Counted from the stretch's first letter, positions 31,139 to 41,421 are shown. The stretch: DNA of 64,000 nucleotides from Desulfatiglandales bacterium (GCA_963666345.1 OY762721.1:1120001-1184000); one strand, 5' to 3'. The notes: generated by a model not told the origin, from the letters alone. Numbers and translations are program-made.

Positions 31139-32041
31139 CTAAAACCTTTTCATTTTACTAATTTCTACGTTGCCTAAAAGCCCGCTAGGTTTAAAGAAGA
31201 GCACTCCCAGAATTACTATTAAGGCAAAAGCATCTTTATATGCTGAGGATATTAAACCTGAACCGAATGATTCAATAGACCCCAGGATCAATCCACCAAT
31301 GATAGCACCAGGAAAACTGCCAAGACCTCCCAGCATTGCTGCGCCAAATGCCTTAATTGCCAACTCCGCTCCCCTGTCATATTCCATGAAGGTTATAGGG
31401 GTTACAATGATGCCAGCTATTGCACCGATAGACGCGGAAAGCGCAAAAGATAATGAAAACATTAGCTTAACATTGATACCAACTAGACTTGCTGCATCCG
31501 GGTTATCCGCGCATGCGCTCATAGCCTTGCCGAGGATGGTTTTTCCAAAAAATATGGTCAGGGATATTGCAACCAGAACCAGAAAGCCCATAACCCAGAA
31601 ATATTGGGGTTGGATTACAGCACCAAAAAACTGAATGGGGTTGCGACCTGATAAAGCAGGAAGATCAAAAGGATCTTTACCCCAAATAAGCATGGCTGCT
31701 CCCTTTAGCAGGAAAGAAAAGGCCAAAGTAGCTATGATAAGTGTAAGTACCGAGGGCTGCTTGATCGGCCTAATTGCAAGTCGATCAAGTAGGATTCCCA
31801 CCAGGGTTACAAGGAGGACAGTTGCGGGGAAGGCTATAATAAGAGGCAGTCCAGCTGCAGTGTGAAAAGAAACCATGGCCAGCCCTCCCAGCATGACAAA
31901 CTCACCCTGCGCAAAGTTTATGACCTCAGTAACATTGTAAATAATACTGAAGCCTACTGCTACCATTGCATATATGCTGCCTACAGTGAGCCCGGTTATT
32001 AGATACTGAAGGAGCTCACCTGTTAATGTCAATTCTTCCAT
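31139..32041 (-). CDS. ABC transporter permease, LivH-like
   Basis: GSIYAMVAVGF, INFAQGEF, GGLGS. Confidence 0.9.
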   Translation of the reverse strand: MEELTLTGELLQYLITGLTVGSIYAMVAVGFSIIYNVTEVINFAQGEFVMLGGLAMVSFHTAAGLPLIIAFPATVLLVTLVGILLDRLAIRPIKQPSVLTLIIATLAFSFLLKGAAMLIWGKDPFDLPALSGRNPIQFFGAVIQPQYFWVMGFLVLVAISLTIFFGKTILGKAMSACADNPDAASLVGINVKLMFSLSFALSASIGAIAGIIVTPITFMEYDRGAELAIKAFGAAMLGGLGSFPGAIIGGLILGSIESFGSGLISSAYKDAFALIVILGVLFFKPSGLLGNVEISKMKRF

Positions 32042-32059
32042 ATTTACTCCCGTCAAAAG

Positions 32060-32086
32060 TGAGGGGTGGCAGTTATGCCACCCTCA
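32060..32086 (-). terminator. Stem-loop between binding-protein and permease genes
   Basis: GAGGGGTGGCA / TGCCACCCTC inverted repeat. Confidence 0.5.
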
Positions 32087-32115
32087 TCTGCTGACTTTGC
32101 CGGCATGGGAATTTT

Positions 32116-33279
32116 TTAGTTTGCCGGTGCCCAGTTATCACCCTTAACTTTTACCAGGGTAAAAGATTCCTGCCAATTCAGGCCGATATGATCGTCCGCG
32201 GACATGTTAAATGTACCATGTTGGCCGATAAAGTTTCTGGTATTTTCAACTTCGTTTCGGATACCTTCCTTGTCGCAGCCAACGGCCTTTATAGCCTTTA
32301 CCACAAGCATGAGGGCATCCCATGCGTGTCCGCTGAAGGTGGCTATCGGCTCATTATATTTGGCCTCATAATCTGTAACAAACTTCATACAAACATCTTT
32401 TTGCTGTGATTCCGGGAGTAGCGTAGCGATATTGCAAGGGCCGAGAGGGCAATGAACACCTTCAGCTGCGCCTGCTGCCAGTTCTATATTCTTGAGATTG
32501 CCAAAGGCCTGGCTTCGATAAAGAGGGATTGAAGACATACCGAGATCTTGCCAGTTTCTCATCAAGACTACCGAGCTGGGGCCAATCCCCCAGTTACAAA
32601 TTGCCTTAGCTCCTTTTGACTTGATTTTAGTCAATTGCGCTGTTATATCTTGATCTTTCGGCCCATAAGTCTCGTCTGCTACAATTTCCATTCCATATTT
32701 GGGGGCTAATCGGAGCAGCTCTTGTCTGCCACTCTTACCAAATCCTGATGTAAGGGTTATGACAGCGATTTTATTTATACCTCGCTTTTTAAGATGTGAG
32801 TAGTTGGCTTCCACACCCATTGTGTCGCTCTGAGGAGTCTTGAAGACCCATTTACGTATTTTTTTCGTCTTATCGTTGTAAACAATTTTATAACTGGCGG
32901 CACAGGTCACAAGGGGTGTTTTAAGTCTTTTTGCTTCATCAACAATCGCAAGCGAAGTTCCGCTCAATGAAGGCCCTATTACCGCACAGACCTTGTCCTG
33001 CGTAACCAGTTTTCTAAAGAAAAGTCTTGTCTTGGTAGAATCGCCCTCAGTGTCGTAGAGAATTACTTCCAACTTTTTCCCATTGATGCCGCCCGATGTG
33101 TTGATTTGGTCAACCAATAAATTAACTGTTTTCTTTTCAGGATCACCAATAAATGATGCGCGTCCGGTTACAGAAAAAAGTGCCCCAACTTTGTATGAAT
33201 CGCCACTGAAAGCCAAGGTGGGGAGGATAAAGGATAATGAAATAAAGGTGCCTAATACAATAAATAAATGCTTTTTCAT
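32116..33279 (-). CDS. Periplasmic substrate-binding protein, branched-chain-amino-acid (PBP type 1) family
   Basis: Signal peptide; GGINGKKLEVILYD, VIGPS.SG, HAWDA. Confidence 0.9.
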   Translation of the reverse strand: MKKHLFIVLGTFISLSFILPTLAFSGDSYKVGALFSVTGRASFIGDPEKKTVNLLVDQINTSGGINGKKLEVILYDTEGDSTKTRLFFRKLVTQDKVCAVIGPSLSGTSLAIVDEAKRLKTPLVTCAASYKIVYNDKTKKIRKWVFKTPQSDTMGVEANYSHLKKRGINKIAVITLTSGFGKSGRQELLRLAPKYGMEIVADETYGPKDQDITAQLTKIKSKGAKAICNWGIGPSSVVLMRNWQDLGMSSIPLYRSQAFGNLKNIELAAGAAEGVHCPLGPCNIATLLPESQQKDVCMKFVTDYEAKYNEPIATFSGHAWDALMLVVKAIKAVGCDKEGIRNEVENTRNFIGQHGTFNMSADDHIGLNWQESFTLVKVKGDNWAPAN

Positions 33280-33559
33280 TCCTCTTTCTCCTATTTGCTA
33301 AAATTGACAAAATATAAAATCATACAAGAAAAACTTAAGCAATACTGAATTCACCCCCTTTCTTATCAAAATTTTGTGCTTCCGGGTTAGGTTGAAAACT
33401 ATGTTCGTATTACGTGAGTATTCTTTCTTTTCTCCAGGCGCCCAATCTTGATTTCACTGTCTCTATATTCCAGGCTCGTACATGATCAAGTTTTGAAAAA
33501 TTATCGGCCCGTTAATCAGCCCCTTTTTTCTTTATTACCTTGGCTGTGTTAGTGCACTG

Positions 33560-34010
33560 ATTGTATACATCACACCACAACGCTGGGTCTTACCCGGTGA
33601 GGGTTTTTGACTAACGATGAAACGCTCACACGCCTTGACATCGGTAAGGAATATTTTCCCAGGGATGCAGTGGTTGATATCATGGCGTACTTAGAGGTCG
33701 GTCTTTATTAAACCTTTCCCGATAGTACACCAAGTTAATGGAATGGGTTGTATCAATTAAAGAACCATCTAGCACCGTGAAGTCCCCAAGCTTCTTGTGA
33801 TTTATTTGGAACATGCTGCAAGTCAGAATATAATAGGTATCTAAGACTTTTAATCTCTGTCGAGTCCTGGTGTATTGTTGATCTAAAATAAACTGCTACC
33901 TTATACCCGCTTTGGGGCTATACTTTCTTGTGCAAAATCATATTCATTTGAGGACTTGCACGAGGTATTTCCTTTTAAAGTGCTCTTTAAGGTAAAAACA
34001 TATAGGGCAT
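33560..34010 (-). pseudogene. Heavily decayed IS4-family transposase
   Basis: Frame-broken peptides LGDFTVLDGSLIDTT and DINHCIPGKIFLTDVKACERFIVSQ resemble an IS4 DDE region; boundaries approximate. Confidence 0.6.
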
Positions 34011-34323
34011 CCGGCTGCCGGGGGAATTATATCTTAAAGATGCTGGTCAGGAGTTCGGATAGTTTGTTAGATAGCGGTGACTCTTTCTTCCTGCCTTCTG
34101 CTTTGATAATGTAACGAATGTCCTTAAAATGCATGTACTTCCAAATAACCTGAGGCTTTACAAAATAAGTTTTTCAATTATAGGGCATAAATTATCTTTT
34201 ACTTCATGACAATCGATTGCAAGTTTCTAATCGGATGAAAATATTATAAGGAAAGTTCTATTAGAGATGAGTTTCTTTCCATTCCTGTTCGCTATTATGC
34301 TAAAAGGCTTTTTGTTATTTTTT

Positions 34324-34339
34324 AGCAATATCTGTGCCG
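34324..34339 (-). promoter_or_regulatory. sigma54 promoter facing the ABC operon
   Basis: CGGCACAGATATTGCT. Confidence 0.75.
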
Positions 34340-34547
34340 TATGGCCCATACCATTTTTAATAAAGGATTAAGGCTATTGTATTCAATAGCATAAGAACTC
34401 AAAGGGAGGGGGGTGGACATAGAAAAATATGGATAGAAATGGGAAGCTCAAAACTGCAATAAGTCAACACCCTGGCGGCCAAATTTAGGGGAGAATAAAA
34501 ATAAATTAATATTATCAACGTGATAACTGGACTGGCAATATTGCAAG

Positions 34548-36287
34548 TCATAATGGCATTTCTGCCGTTTTTAGCTTTCTGTAAATTGTTGCAGGGTCCA
34601 TCTTGAGGAATTTGGCAGCCTGCTTTACGCCACCATGTTTTTTAATTGCCGTTTTTAGCAGCGTTATCTCAAACTGTCTGACGGCATTCTTGAAGGAGCC
34701 CGCTTGCTGGATAGGATAATTGAGGAAGTCCTGTCTAAGCTCTGAGGGTAAGTCCTCCATGATGATTTCATCATGTGGGGTAACCAAAACGAGTCTTTCA
34801 ATTAAATTGATCAGTTCTCTGACATTTCCGGGCCATTGAAAACCTATTAGATAATCGATTACTTCTCGAGAAAAAAAGGCATTTTTATCATATTTGAGAT
34901 TGGTCTTTTCGAGAAAGAAATTGATCATATGAAGAATATCGTCCGGTCTTTCCCTAAGAGGTGGGATAAAAATGGGAATGACGTTTATGCGAAAATAGAG
35001 ATCCTTCCTGAAAGTTCCCTTTTCCACCATAGCTTTTAGATCACGGTTGGTAATAACGATGAGCCGAACGTCAACCTTCTTGGGCGTAACACTTCCAATC
35101 CTTACGATCTCAAGGTCCTGAATCGTCCTTAAAATCTTGACCTGAAGGTTTTGAGGCATCTCTCCTATCTCATCCAGGATTAGGGTTCCTCCTTCGGCAG
35201 CTTCGAAAAGGCCTTGTTTGCCCTTTACATCGGCACCGGTAAAGGCACCATGCTCGTAGCCAAAAAGCTCCGACTCCAGAAGATTCTCAGGTATGGCCCC
35301 ACAGTTTATTTTGAGCAGGGGACTGCTGTTGCGCGTTGAGTGCCTGTGAATATAGTTGGCAATAACCTCTTTGCCTACTCCTGTCTCGCCCGTTATGAGC
35401 ACAGGGGCATCCACCTGAGCAACACGCCCGGCCAGTTCAAAGGCTTGCCTGATTGCCTTGGATTCAGCTACAATCTGGGCCTTTTCAAAGTGGTGCGTCT
35501 TAAGCCTTTCTATCTTTTCATGGTATTGACTGTAAGGCCTTTTAGATTCAATGTTTTTACTTGATAGCCGCCTGATATCGCTTAGTTCCCTGACGTTACT
35601 GACAACCATGGTGATATCGCCGTTGTCATCAAATATCGGAGTTGCAGTGACAAGGGTCTCTTTTCCAGTGAACCATCTTTTCTGTAGCGTGAGTGTTCGC
35701 TTTTCCTTGAGTACCATTTTGGTTGCTGACCGGTTTGAAAAATACCCCTCCGTTTCCAGTTCAGCGACATTCTGTCCCAGGACCTCTCTGGCCGAAACTC
35801 CAGTTATTTTTTCCCAGGAGGGATTTACGCGTATTATGTTGCCTTCGCCGTCGGTGATAAAAAAGCCGTCGTAGGATGAATCAATAATCGCAACCATCTC
35901 TTCAATCATGTGGCGGCAGTTTTCACATTCAAGGAGGTTTTCTTCAACGCCTGAGACATCCTGAATTAGAATCATAACTCTGATAACCGTATCTTTGTCT
36001 ATGATAGGGATCTGATTGACAACAATAGTACGGTCATCCCATTCGACCCTCTTTTCTATCTCATGTTCGGCTCCAATCAGGATATCCTGGAAGTCCTTCC
36101 ATGCCTCAGGGATGATGTCGGAAATATGCTTCCTTTCCAGTTCATCGGTTGAAAGTTTCAGTATCTTGATAGCTTCAGGATTAAAAAAGGTAATCAGGCC
36201 CTGGGGGTCAGTTATAATGATGCCCTTGGAGGGTAATTCAAGCATCTTCTTATTCGTTTCTTGTTCACCCTGCAATATACGATTCAT
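34548..36287 (-). CDS. PAS-PAS sigma54-dependent activator (copy 2)
   Basis: Same motifs; nearly identical to copy 1 from CRHMIEEM onward. Confidence 0.93.
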   Translation of the reverse strand: MNRILQGEQETNKKMLELPSKGIIITDPQGLITFFNPEAIKILKLSTDELERKHISDIIPEAWKDFQDILIGAEHEIEKRVEWDDRTIVVNQIPIIDKDTVIRVMILIQDVSGVEENLLECENCRHMIEEMVAIIDSSYDGFFITDGEGNIIRVNPSWEKITGVSAREVLGQNVAELETEGYFSNRSATKMVLKEKRTLTLQKRWFTGKETLVTATPIFDDNGDITMVVSNVRELSDIRRLSSKNIESKRPYSQYHEKIERLKTHHFEKAQIVAESKAIRQAFELAGRVAQVDAPVLITGETGVGKEVIANYIHRHSTRNSSPLLKINCGAIPENLLESELFGYEHGAFTGADVKGKQGLFEAAEGGTLILDEIGEMPQNLQVKILRTIQDLEIVRIGSVTPKKVDVRLIVITNRDLKAMVEKGTFRKDLYFRINVIPIFIPPLRERPDDILHMINFFLEKTNLKYDKNAFFSREVIDYLIGFQWPGNVRELINLIERLVLVTPHDEIIMEDLPSELRQDFLNYPIQQAGSFKNAVRQFEITLLKTAIKKHGGVKQAAKFLKMDPATIYRKLKTAEMPL

Positions 36288-37021
36288 TGATTCTCTTTCA
36301 TGACTTATCGATGTTCTGAATGATGTTTACTTCAAAATCGTCTTTATATCCGGAGCAAGCCAAAGAAATCTTACCCCATATATCAAAGCAAAACCAGCAT
36401 TAACACCCCTAATATATAATGATATCTAACATATCATGCCATGATATTCAATGATGTTCGTTGAGTTTATAAAACACCGAAACCGGCAATAAGTGCCTTA
36501 ACTTAGCAAAATGGTATGATTCGCCCAATCCACCGGCGAATGATAACCATGTAAGTCTATTCTGCGAAAGGACAACAGAGCAAAACGAGTCCCAAAACAA
36601 AAGATCCAAATGCAACAATGCTTTCAACTAAAACTCATATTCGATTCCCTATGAATATCCGATTTAGCTTGTCTTTGAGGCTATTTTCTTATTAATTTAA
36701 TAATAAATATAAAAGGATGTAAGCTATCATTATTGGATTAAATGTATATGCAGGATCGAAGTATAGGCATATTGCTATTTCCATAAACTTGAAAACTGCA
36801 AGTTCGCGATAATAAGCTGCAAAAATGCAAATGCTTTATCCTATTGATAACATTAAAAAAAATAATTTTATTTATAAAATTAGAGCTGGATAAGATGATA
36901 TTATGCGGCTTTACCTCTCTGCTTTTCTCCAATAAAGTTCAGTGCATATTTCCCCCTTTTGTACCCTTATCCTGTCGAATACAATAGACTTAATCCTTTA
37001 TTAAAGCTGGCAGGGGTCATA

Positions 37022-37037
37022 CGGCACAGATATTGCT
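37022..37037 (+). promoter_or_regulatory. sigma54 promoter of the methyltransferase operon
   Basis: CGGCACAGATATTGCT, identical to 34324-34339. Confidence 0.8.
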
Positions 37038-37308
37038 GAAGAAAAGGCTGATTCCTCGGTGGAATAGTCGTTTATGTTTTTTTGTCTGCATTGGTAAATG
37101 GGGAACTGAAGGGATTTGGTGAAAAGCTGAAAAAGGCCTTTGGAACAAGTTATAAAATCCCAACTTACTCGATTGTGAATCAGTGAGGGGACTTTTATTA
37201 ATGCATATCTAAAGTGGATGTTTCTCCGTATGTCTATTTGGGAGAAGGTGATAAAAGTTTTTCCAGGCACTTCATTTATAATTTTTATGGCCCCTATTCA
37301 ACCGCTTT

Positions 37309-37520
37309 GAGAAAATAGGACCGGATTTAATCGCGGCGGTTATCCTACCTGTTTGGAGAAGTTTGGGGGTGATGTAAAGAGTGGAGATTATAAGCTCGAT
37401 GTGAAAGATATCACCCAGCTACTCAAAGAGGCCATCTTACGGATTGATCATCCGGAAAAACAGAAACCGTTATCGCACCCGAGGATTTTTAAAGACTTTA
37501 TAAGAAGGAGTATTTCATGA
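37309..37520 (+). pseudogene. Relic resembling the C-terminus of a CCG-domain Fe-S oxidoreductase
   Basis: EKIGPDLIAA/(frameshift)YPTCLEKFGGDVKSGDYKLDVKDITQLLKEAI; its TGA overlaps the next ATG. Confidence 0.45.
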
Positions 37521-38899
37521 AGATTTCGTTGCCGGAAATTTTATTGAGGTCAAAAGAGGGCCAGTTTATGGAGGAAAAGCAATTTGACCTGGCCCTCTTT
37601 AAAAAGACCCAGGAGCTCCAAAAAAAATACCACATCAAATATGATCCGGGAAAACCCCTGGACACCGAAGGGGACTTGGCAGACAGGATCTATCAGGCTG
37701 GAGTTGAACTTTTTACGGAACTTGGGACTTTTTGTGTCACCACCAATAGGGTTATCAATGTATCGGAAAAAGAGCTTTTTGCCGCCATTGATACTTGCCC
37801 AGAGGAAATTGAATTAGGCCAGGGAAATGAGCGGGTCAAGATGGGCCATCGAGATGTAGAAGGCGATCAGCAGGTCGTTGTGGTAGCAGGTATTCAAACC
37901 GCACCCTACAGCGACGAAGCTCATATGTTCATGATTTACAAGGGATGTGCCATGGATCGCTGTGTGGACGGGATATGGGGAGGCATCCTTTTGAAGAACG
38001 ACGGTAAGTACGATGTCATAGCTGGCACACCATCCGAGATCTATCAGTACAGAAAAACGGTGGAAATACTGAGAAAGGCCGTTACTGCGGCGGGGCGACC
38101 AGGGCTGATTACCATCAGCAATGCGCCGACCAGTGGAGCCACCATTGCCATGTTTGATGAAGAAATGGGACTTCGACGCACCGATTACATGGAAAGCACT
38201 GGCATGTCGGAGTTGAAGGTGGCCTATGATGACCTGAATCGATCGGCCTTTGCCCTTGCCCACGGGGTAAGCATCCACGGCACCCACAGCTCCACCATCG
38301 GAGGATTTTCAGGCAACCCTGAAGGCGCAACAATAACGGCTGTGGCGGGAAGCCTTCAACTTATAGCAATACATTTTGCAGATAGCTTTCGATGCGGTAC
38401 TGTAGATTCAAGAATCAAGGCCCGTCAGAGTAGAAGTCAGTTATGGTCGGCAGGTTCAGCCATTCAGGCGCTTAGCAGGAACACCAAGCTTATCGTTGAC
38501 GGCAGTATTGGAGACCACCCGGCAGCAGGTCCCGGCACCAAACAATATTTTTATGAGAGCGCGGCAGGCCATATTGTATCGACGGTAATGGGAGGTCATT
38601 CCACAGAGGGAACCCGTAAATTCACAGTGGGAAACACCTGTAATTACGGGACGCCTCTTGAGTCCCGATGGATGGGGGAAGTTTGCAAGGCGGCCGTAGG
38701 TATGGATCGAAAAACGGCGGAGCAAATCGTCTTGTATCTTTTAAGCAAATACGAAGACCATCTCATGGATGCTCCTGAAGGAGAGACTTTCGATGGCCTT
38801 TATGACCCGAAGCATATGTTACCCAACCAACATTATCAGACCCTGTATGACGAAGTCAAAAAGGAGCTTAAGGATATTGGAATCAATTTTATCGATTAA
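37517..38899 (+). CDS. Monomethylamine:corrinoid methyltransferase (MtmB) family, non-pyrrolysine
   Basis: AGRPG, ELKV, IGGFSG, AGPGT, ESRWMGEV and APEGETF..Y motifs; no in-frame TAG. Confidence 0.88.
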   Translation: MKISLPEILLRSKEGQFMEEKQFDLALFKKTQELQKKYHIKYDPGKPLDTEGDLADRIYQAGVELFTELGTFCVTTNRVINVSEKELFAAIDTCPEEIELGQGNERVKMGHRDVEGDQQVVVVAGIQTAPYSDEAHMFMIYKGCAMDRCVDGIWGGILLKNDGKYDVIAGTPSEIYQYRKTVEILRKAVTAAGRPGLITISNAPTSGATIAMFDEEMGLRRTDYMESTGMSELKVAYDDLNRSAFALAHGVSIHGTHSSTIGGFSGNPEGATITAVAGSLQLIAIHFADSFRCGTVDSRIKARQSRSQLWSAGSAIQALSRNTKLIVDGSIGDHPAAGPGTKQYFYESAAGHIVSTVMGGHSTEGTRKFTVGNTCNYGTPLESRWMGEVCKAAVGMDRKTAEQIVLYLLSKYEDHLMDAPEGETFDGLYDPKHMLPNQHYQTLYDEVKKELKDIGINFID

Positions 38900-38911
38900 T
38901 GGAGAAAAAAT

Positions 38912-39574
38912 ATGGAAATAGAAAATTTGGCTGAAGAACACAAACAAATCTTGGATTCACTTATGCGAGCCATAGTCGACATAGATGACGAAAAAGCCAC
39001 GACCATCGCCGAAAAAATCATTGAACAAGAAATCAATCCTAGCCTTGCCATCAAATATTCCATCTCGAATGCTGCTATAGGGATTGGAGAAAAATTTGAT
39101 TCTGGAGAATACTTCCTTGCCCATCTTGTCATGGCTGGAGATTTGATGGCTTCGGTGGGCAAAATCCTGGAGCAAAATATCCCTATAGAAACACGCGAAA
39201 GAAAAAAAGTAGCCGTCATCGGTGCAGTGCAGGGCGATATGCATACTGTAGGAAAGAACCTGGTGTCTACCATGTTACGTTCCGGCGGATTTGAGGTCTA
39301 TGATATGGGAGTCGACGTGCCCAGCATGGCATTTATAGAAAAGGCAAAAGAACTTGATGCAGACCTGATTGCCCTCTCTTCTCTGCTAACCACAACAATG
39401 CCCTATCAGAAAGAGGTAATTGAGGATCTGGCAGCAATGGGTCTCAGAGACCGTTTCAAGGTTATGGTGGGTGGGGGTCCTGTAACAAGAAGCTATGCTG
39501 AAAAAATTGGGGCTGATGGGTATGGTAAAGACGCCATCGAAGCACTAGAAGAAGCGAAGAAAATTTGCGCATAA
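38912..39574 (+). CDS. Corrinoid (B12-binding) protein, MtmC/MttC-like
   Basis: GDMHTVGKNLV (DxHxxG), SSLLTTT, MVGGGP, GADGY. Confidence 0.93.
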   Translation: MEIENLAEEHKQILDSLMRAIVDIDDEKATTIAEKIIEQEINPSLAIKYSISNAAIGIGEKFDSGEYFLAHLVMAGDLMASVGKILEQNIPIETRERKKVAVIGAVQGDMHTVGKNLVSTMLRSGGFEVYDMGVDVPSMAFIEKAKELDADLIALSSLLTTTMPYQKEVIEDLAAMGLRDRFKVMVGGGPVTRSYAEKIGADGYGKDAIEALEEAKKICA

Positions 39575-39599
39575 CAATATAATATGAAAGGCTTATGAG

Positions 39600-40967
39600 A
39601 TGATATCTTTGTATGAAATTGCCGAAAGAACTCAAACTGGTGAAAAAGTGGAAGAAAAGAAATGGGATATGGAATTCTACCAAAACATCAGTGAGCTTCT
39701 CAAGAAATACCAAATACAGACCCCTGACGACCACTGCTATATTAATATGGATGATGAATTGCCTGAAAGAGCCTTTGAGGCAGCTATCGAATTTTTGGAA
39801 AAAACTGGGATCTACTGCATTACTACCAGAAGACGGATAAAGCTCACTAGAGAGGAAATCCTAACTGCAATTAACGAAGCTCCTACTGAAATTTTGATGG
39901 GCGAAGGAAGGGACCGAAGGGTCTGGAAACAACGCAGCATAGAAGAAAAGGAGAAGGTTAATGTCTGTCCAGGCCATCATACTCCTTTTACGGAAGATTT
40001 GGCAGGACTTGTGGTGAGTAATTTTGCCCAGATCCCCAGGACCGACTTTATTGAAGGATTCAATTTTTCCGAAGTCGATGGTCGAGAAATAATGGGGCCA
40101 CCCATGGAAGTATACGCTTCCAGGCGCCAGGTGGGATGGATGAGAGAAGGCATTCGTAAGGCTGGAAGGCCTGGCTTGGCCATTGTCTATTATCCTATTA
40201 ATACGAGAGCGGAAGATCTTATAGGTGCAATAGACCCCGATCATGGGATCAGAAGAACAGACGGCGTCTTGCTTTCCCTTTTGCCGGATTTGAAAATGGA
40301 ACAAGATATGCTATCAGCAGCCATTGTCTACGAGGAATATGGATCCTTTAAACTGAGCGGCAGTTTTGCCATCGCAGGTGGATTCTGTGGCGGTATGGAA
40401 GGCGCAATCATCGAAGGGATCGCTAAGCCTATTGCAGCCATGATTGCCTATCGGGACTATATCAATTACACCGGCGTAGAACATGTTCATATGCTTAACG
40501 CAAGAGTAATTCTGCTTCCATGGATCAATTGGGCTCGTTCCGTTGTGAATCAGGCCTTAAACCGTTTCACTCACACACTGTGTATGCGCTGGATCATACC
40601 AACCTCGGGGCCGGGTACCGAATTGAATCTTCTTGAAGGTGCAATGCAATCCATTGAGGCCCCCATAAATGGTATGAATCTCTATGCTCCAAGGCATTGC
40701 CGAACGACGGTTAACCATGGACAAACACCACTGGAAGCTGAATGGATGATTCAGGTTAGCGATGCGGTAATTGAACAGGGATTCGACAGACGAGCAGCTG
40801 ATGAAATTTTGTCGAAGATTGCCGATGTTATTAAGGATGAAAAGCCGGCAGAAGGCTTTGATATAACTCAGTGTTATGATCTTGTTCACCACAGACCACT
40901 GCCAGAATACCAAAACGTCTACATGAAAGTAAAAACGGAACTTGCAAATATGGGTCTGAAAATTTAA
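39600..40967 (+). CDS. Second MtmB-family methyltransferase, non-pyrrolysine
   Basis: ERTQTGEK..WD, AGRPG, GGFCGG.EG, SGPGTE, CYDL...P..EY motifs; no in-frame TAG. Confidence 0.88.
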   Translation: MISLYEIAERTQTGEKVEEKKWDMEFYQNISELLKKYQIQTPDDHCYINMDDELPERAFEAAIEFLEKTGIYCITTRRRIKLTREEILTAINEAPTEILMGEGRDRRVWKQRSIEEKEKVNVCPGHHTPFTEDLAGLVVSNFAQIPRTDFIEGFNFSEVDGREIMGPPMEVYASRRQVGWMREGIRKAGRPGLAIVYYPINTRAEDLIGAIDPDHGIRRTDGVLLSLLPDLKMEQDMLSAAIVYEEYGSFKLSGSFAIAGGFCGGMEGAIIEGIAKPIAAMIAYRDYINYTGVEHVHMLNARVILLPWINWARSVVNQALNRFTHTLCMRWIIPTSGPGTELNLLEGAMQSIEAPINGMNLYAPRHCRTTVNHGQTPLEAEWMIQVSDAVIEQGFDRRAADEILSKIADVIKDEKPAEGFDITQCYDLVHHRPLPEYQNVYMKVKTELANMGLKI

Positions 40968-41421
40968 GGTTCTTCTCCAACTTAGTTGGCGAAGAGGGTC
41001 CAAGGACCCTGGGAGTCAAGGCCCGCCCTGTCGCGACTCTGTGATCACTTAAATTATAGGCCAAGCTCCACATTGCCGACAATTTATTGACAATCCAGTA
41101 AGGTTAATAGGTCTGGGCCAGGGGTTCAAGGGATTGTTTTCTAAAGAGTTTATCAGCATTTTTAACAAGATTTATTGATCTCCGTGTAATTTATGTTGTT
41201 TGAGAATTTTTGATTTATTCTATATACCTGAAAAGCGTTCGTGGGATTTCTGCAACAGCTTTAAATCTTTGTAATGCTTTAGCGGTGTTATCAGCCGTTT
41301 CAATGGAGCACTCGAATCCTTGAATCCTCGACCCCTTCGAAACTGGGAACCCGCTGCGAAGCAGTGGGACTGAGCGAAGCAAAGAGTCCTTCATTTAGAT
41401 CAACTCTTTTGGAGATGGACC
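40968..41421. mobile_element. TIR-bounded element with an internally deleted four-helix-bundle gene (copy A)
   Basis: Ends GGTTCTTCTCCAACTTAGTTG / CAACTCTTTTGGAGATGGACC; minus-strand relics LKHYKDLKLLQKS and MLINSLENNPLNP. Confidence 0.65.

Noticed and set aside
37517..40967. Pyrrolysine read-through in the mtmB-like genes
   Set aside because: No in-frame TAG in either gene and no pyl genes in the window
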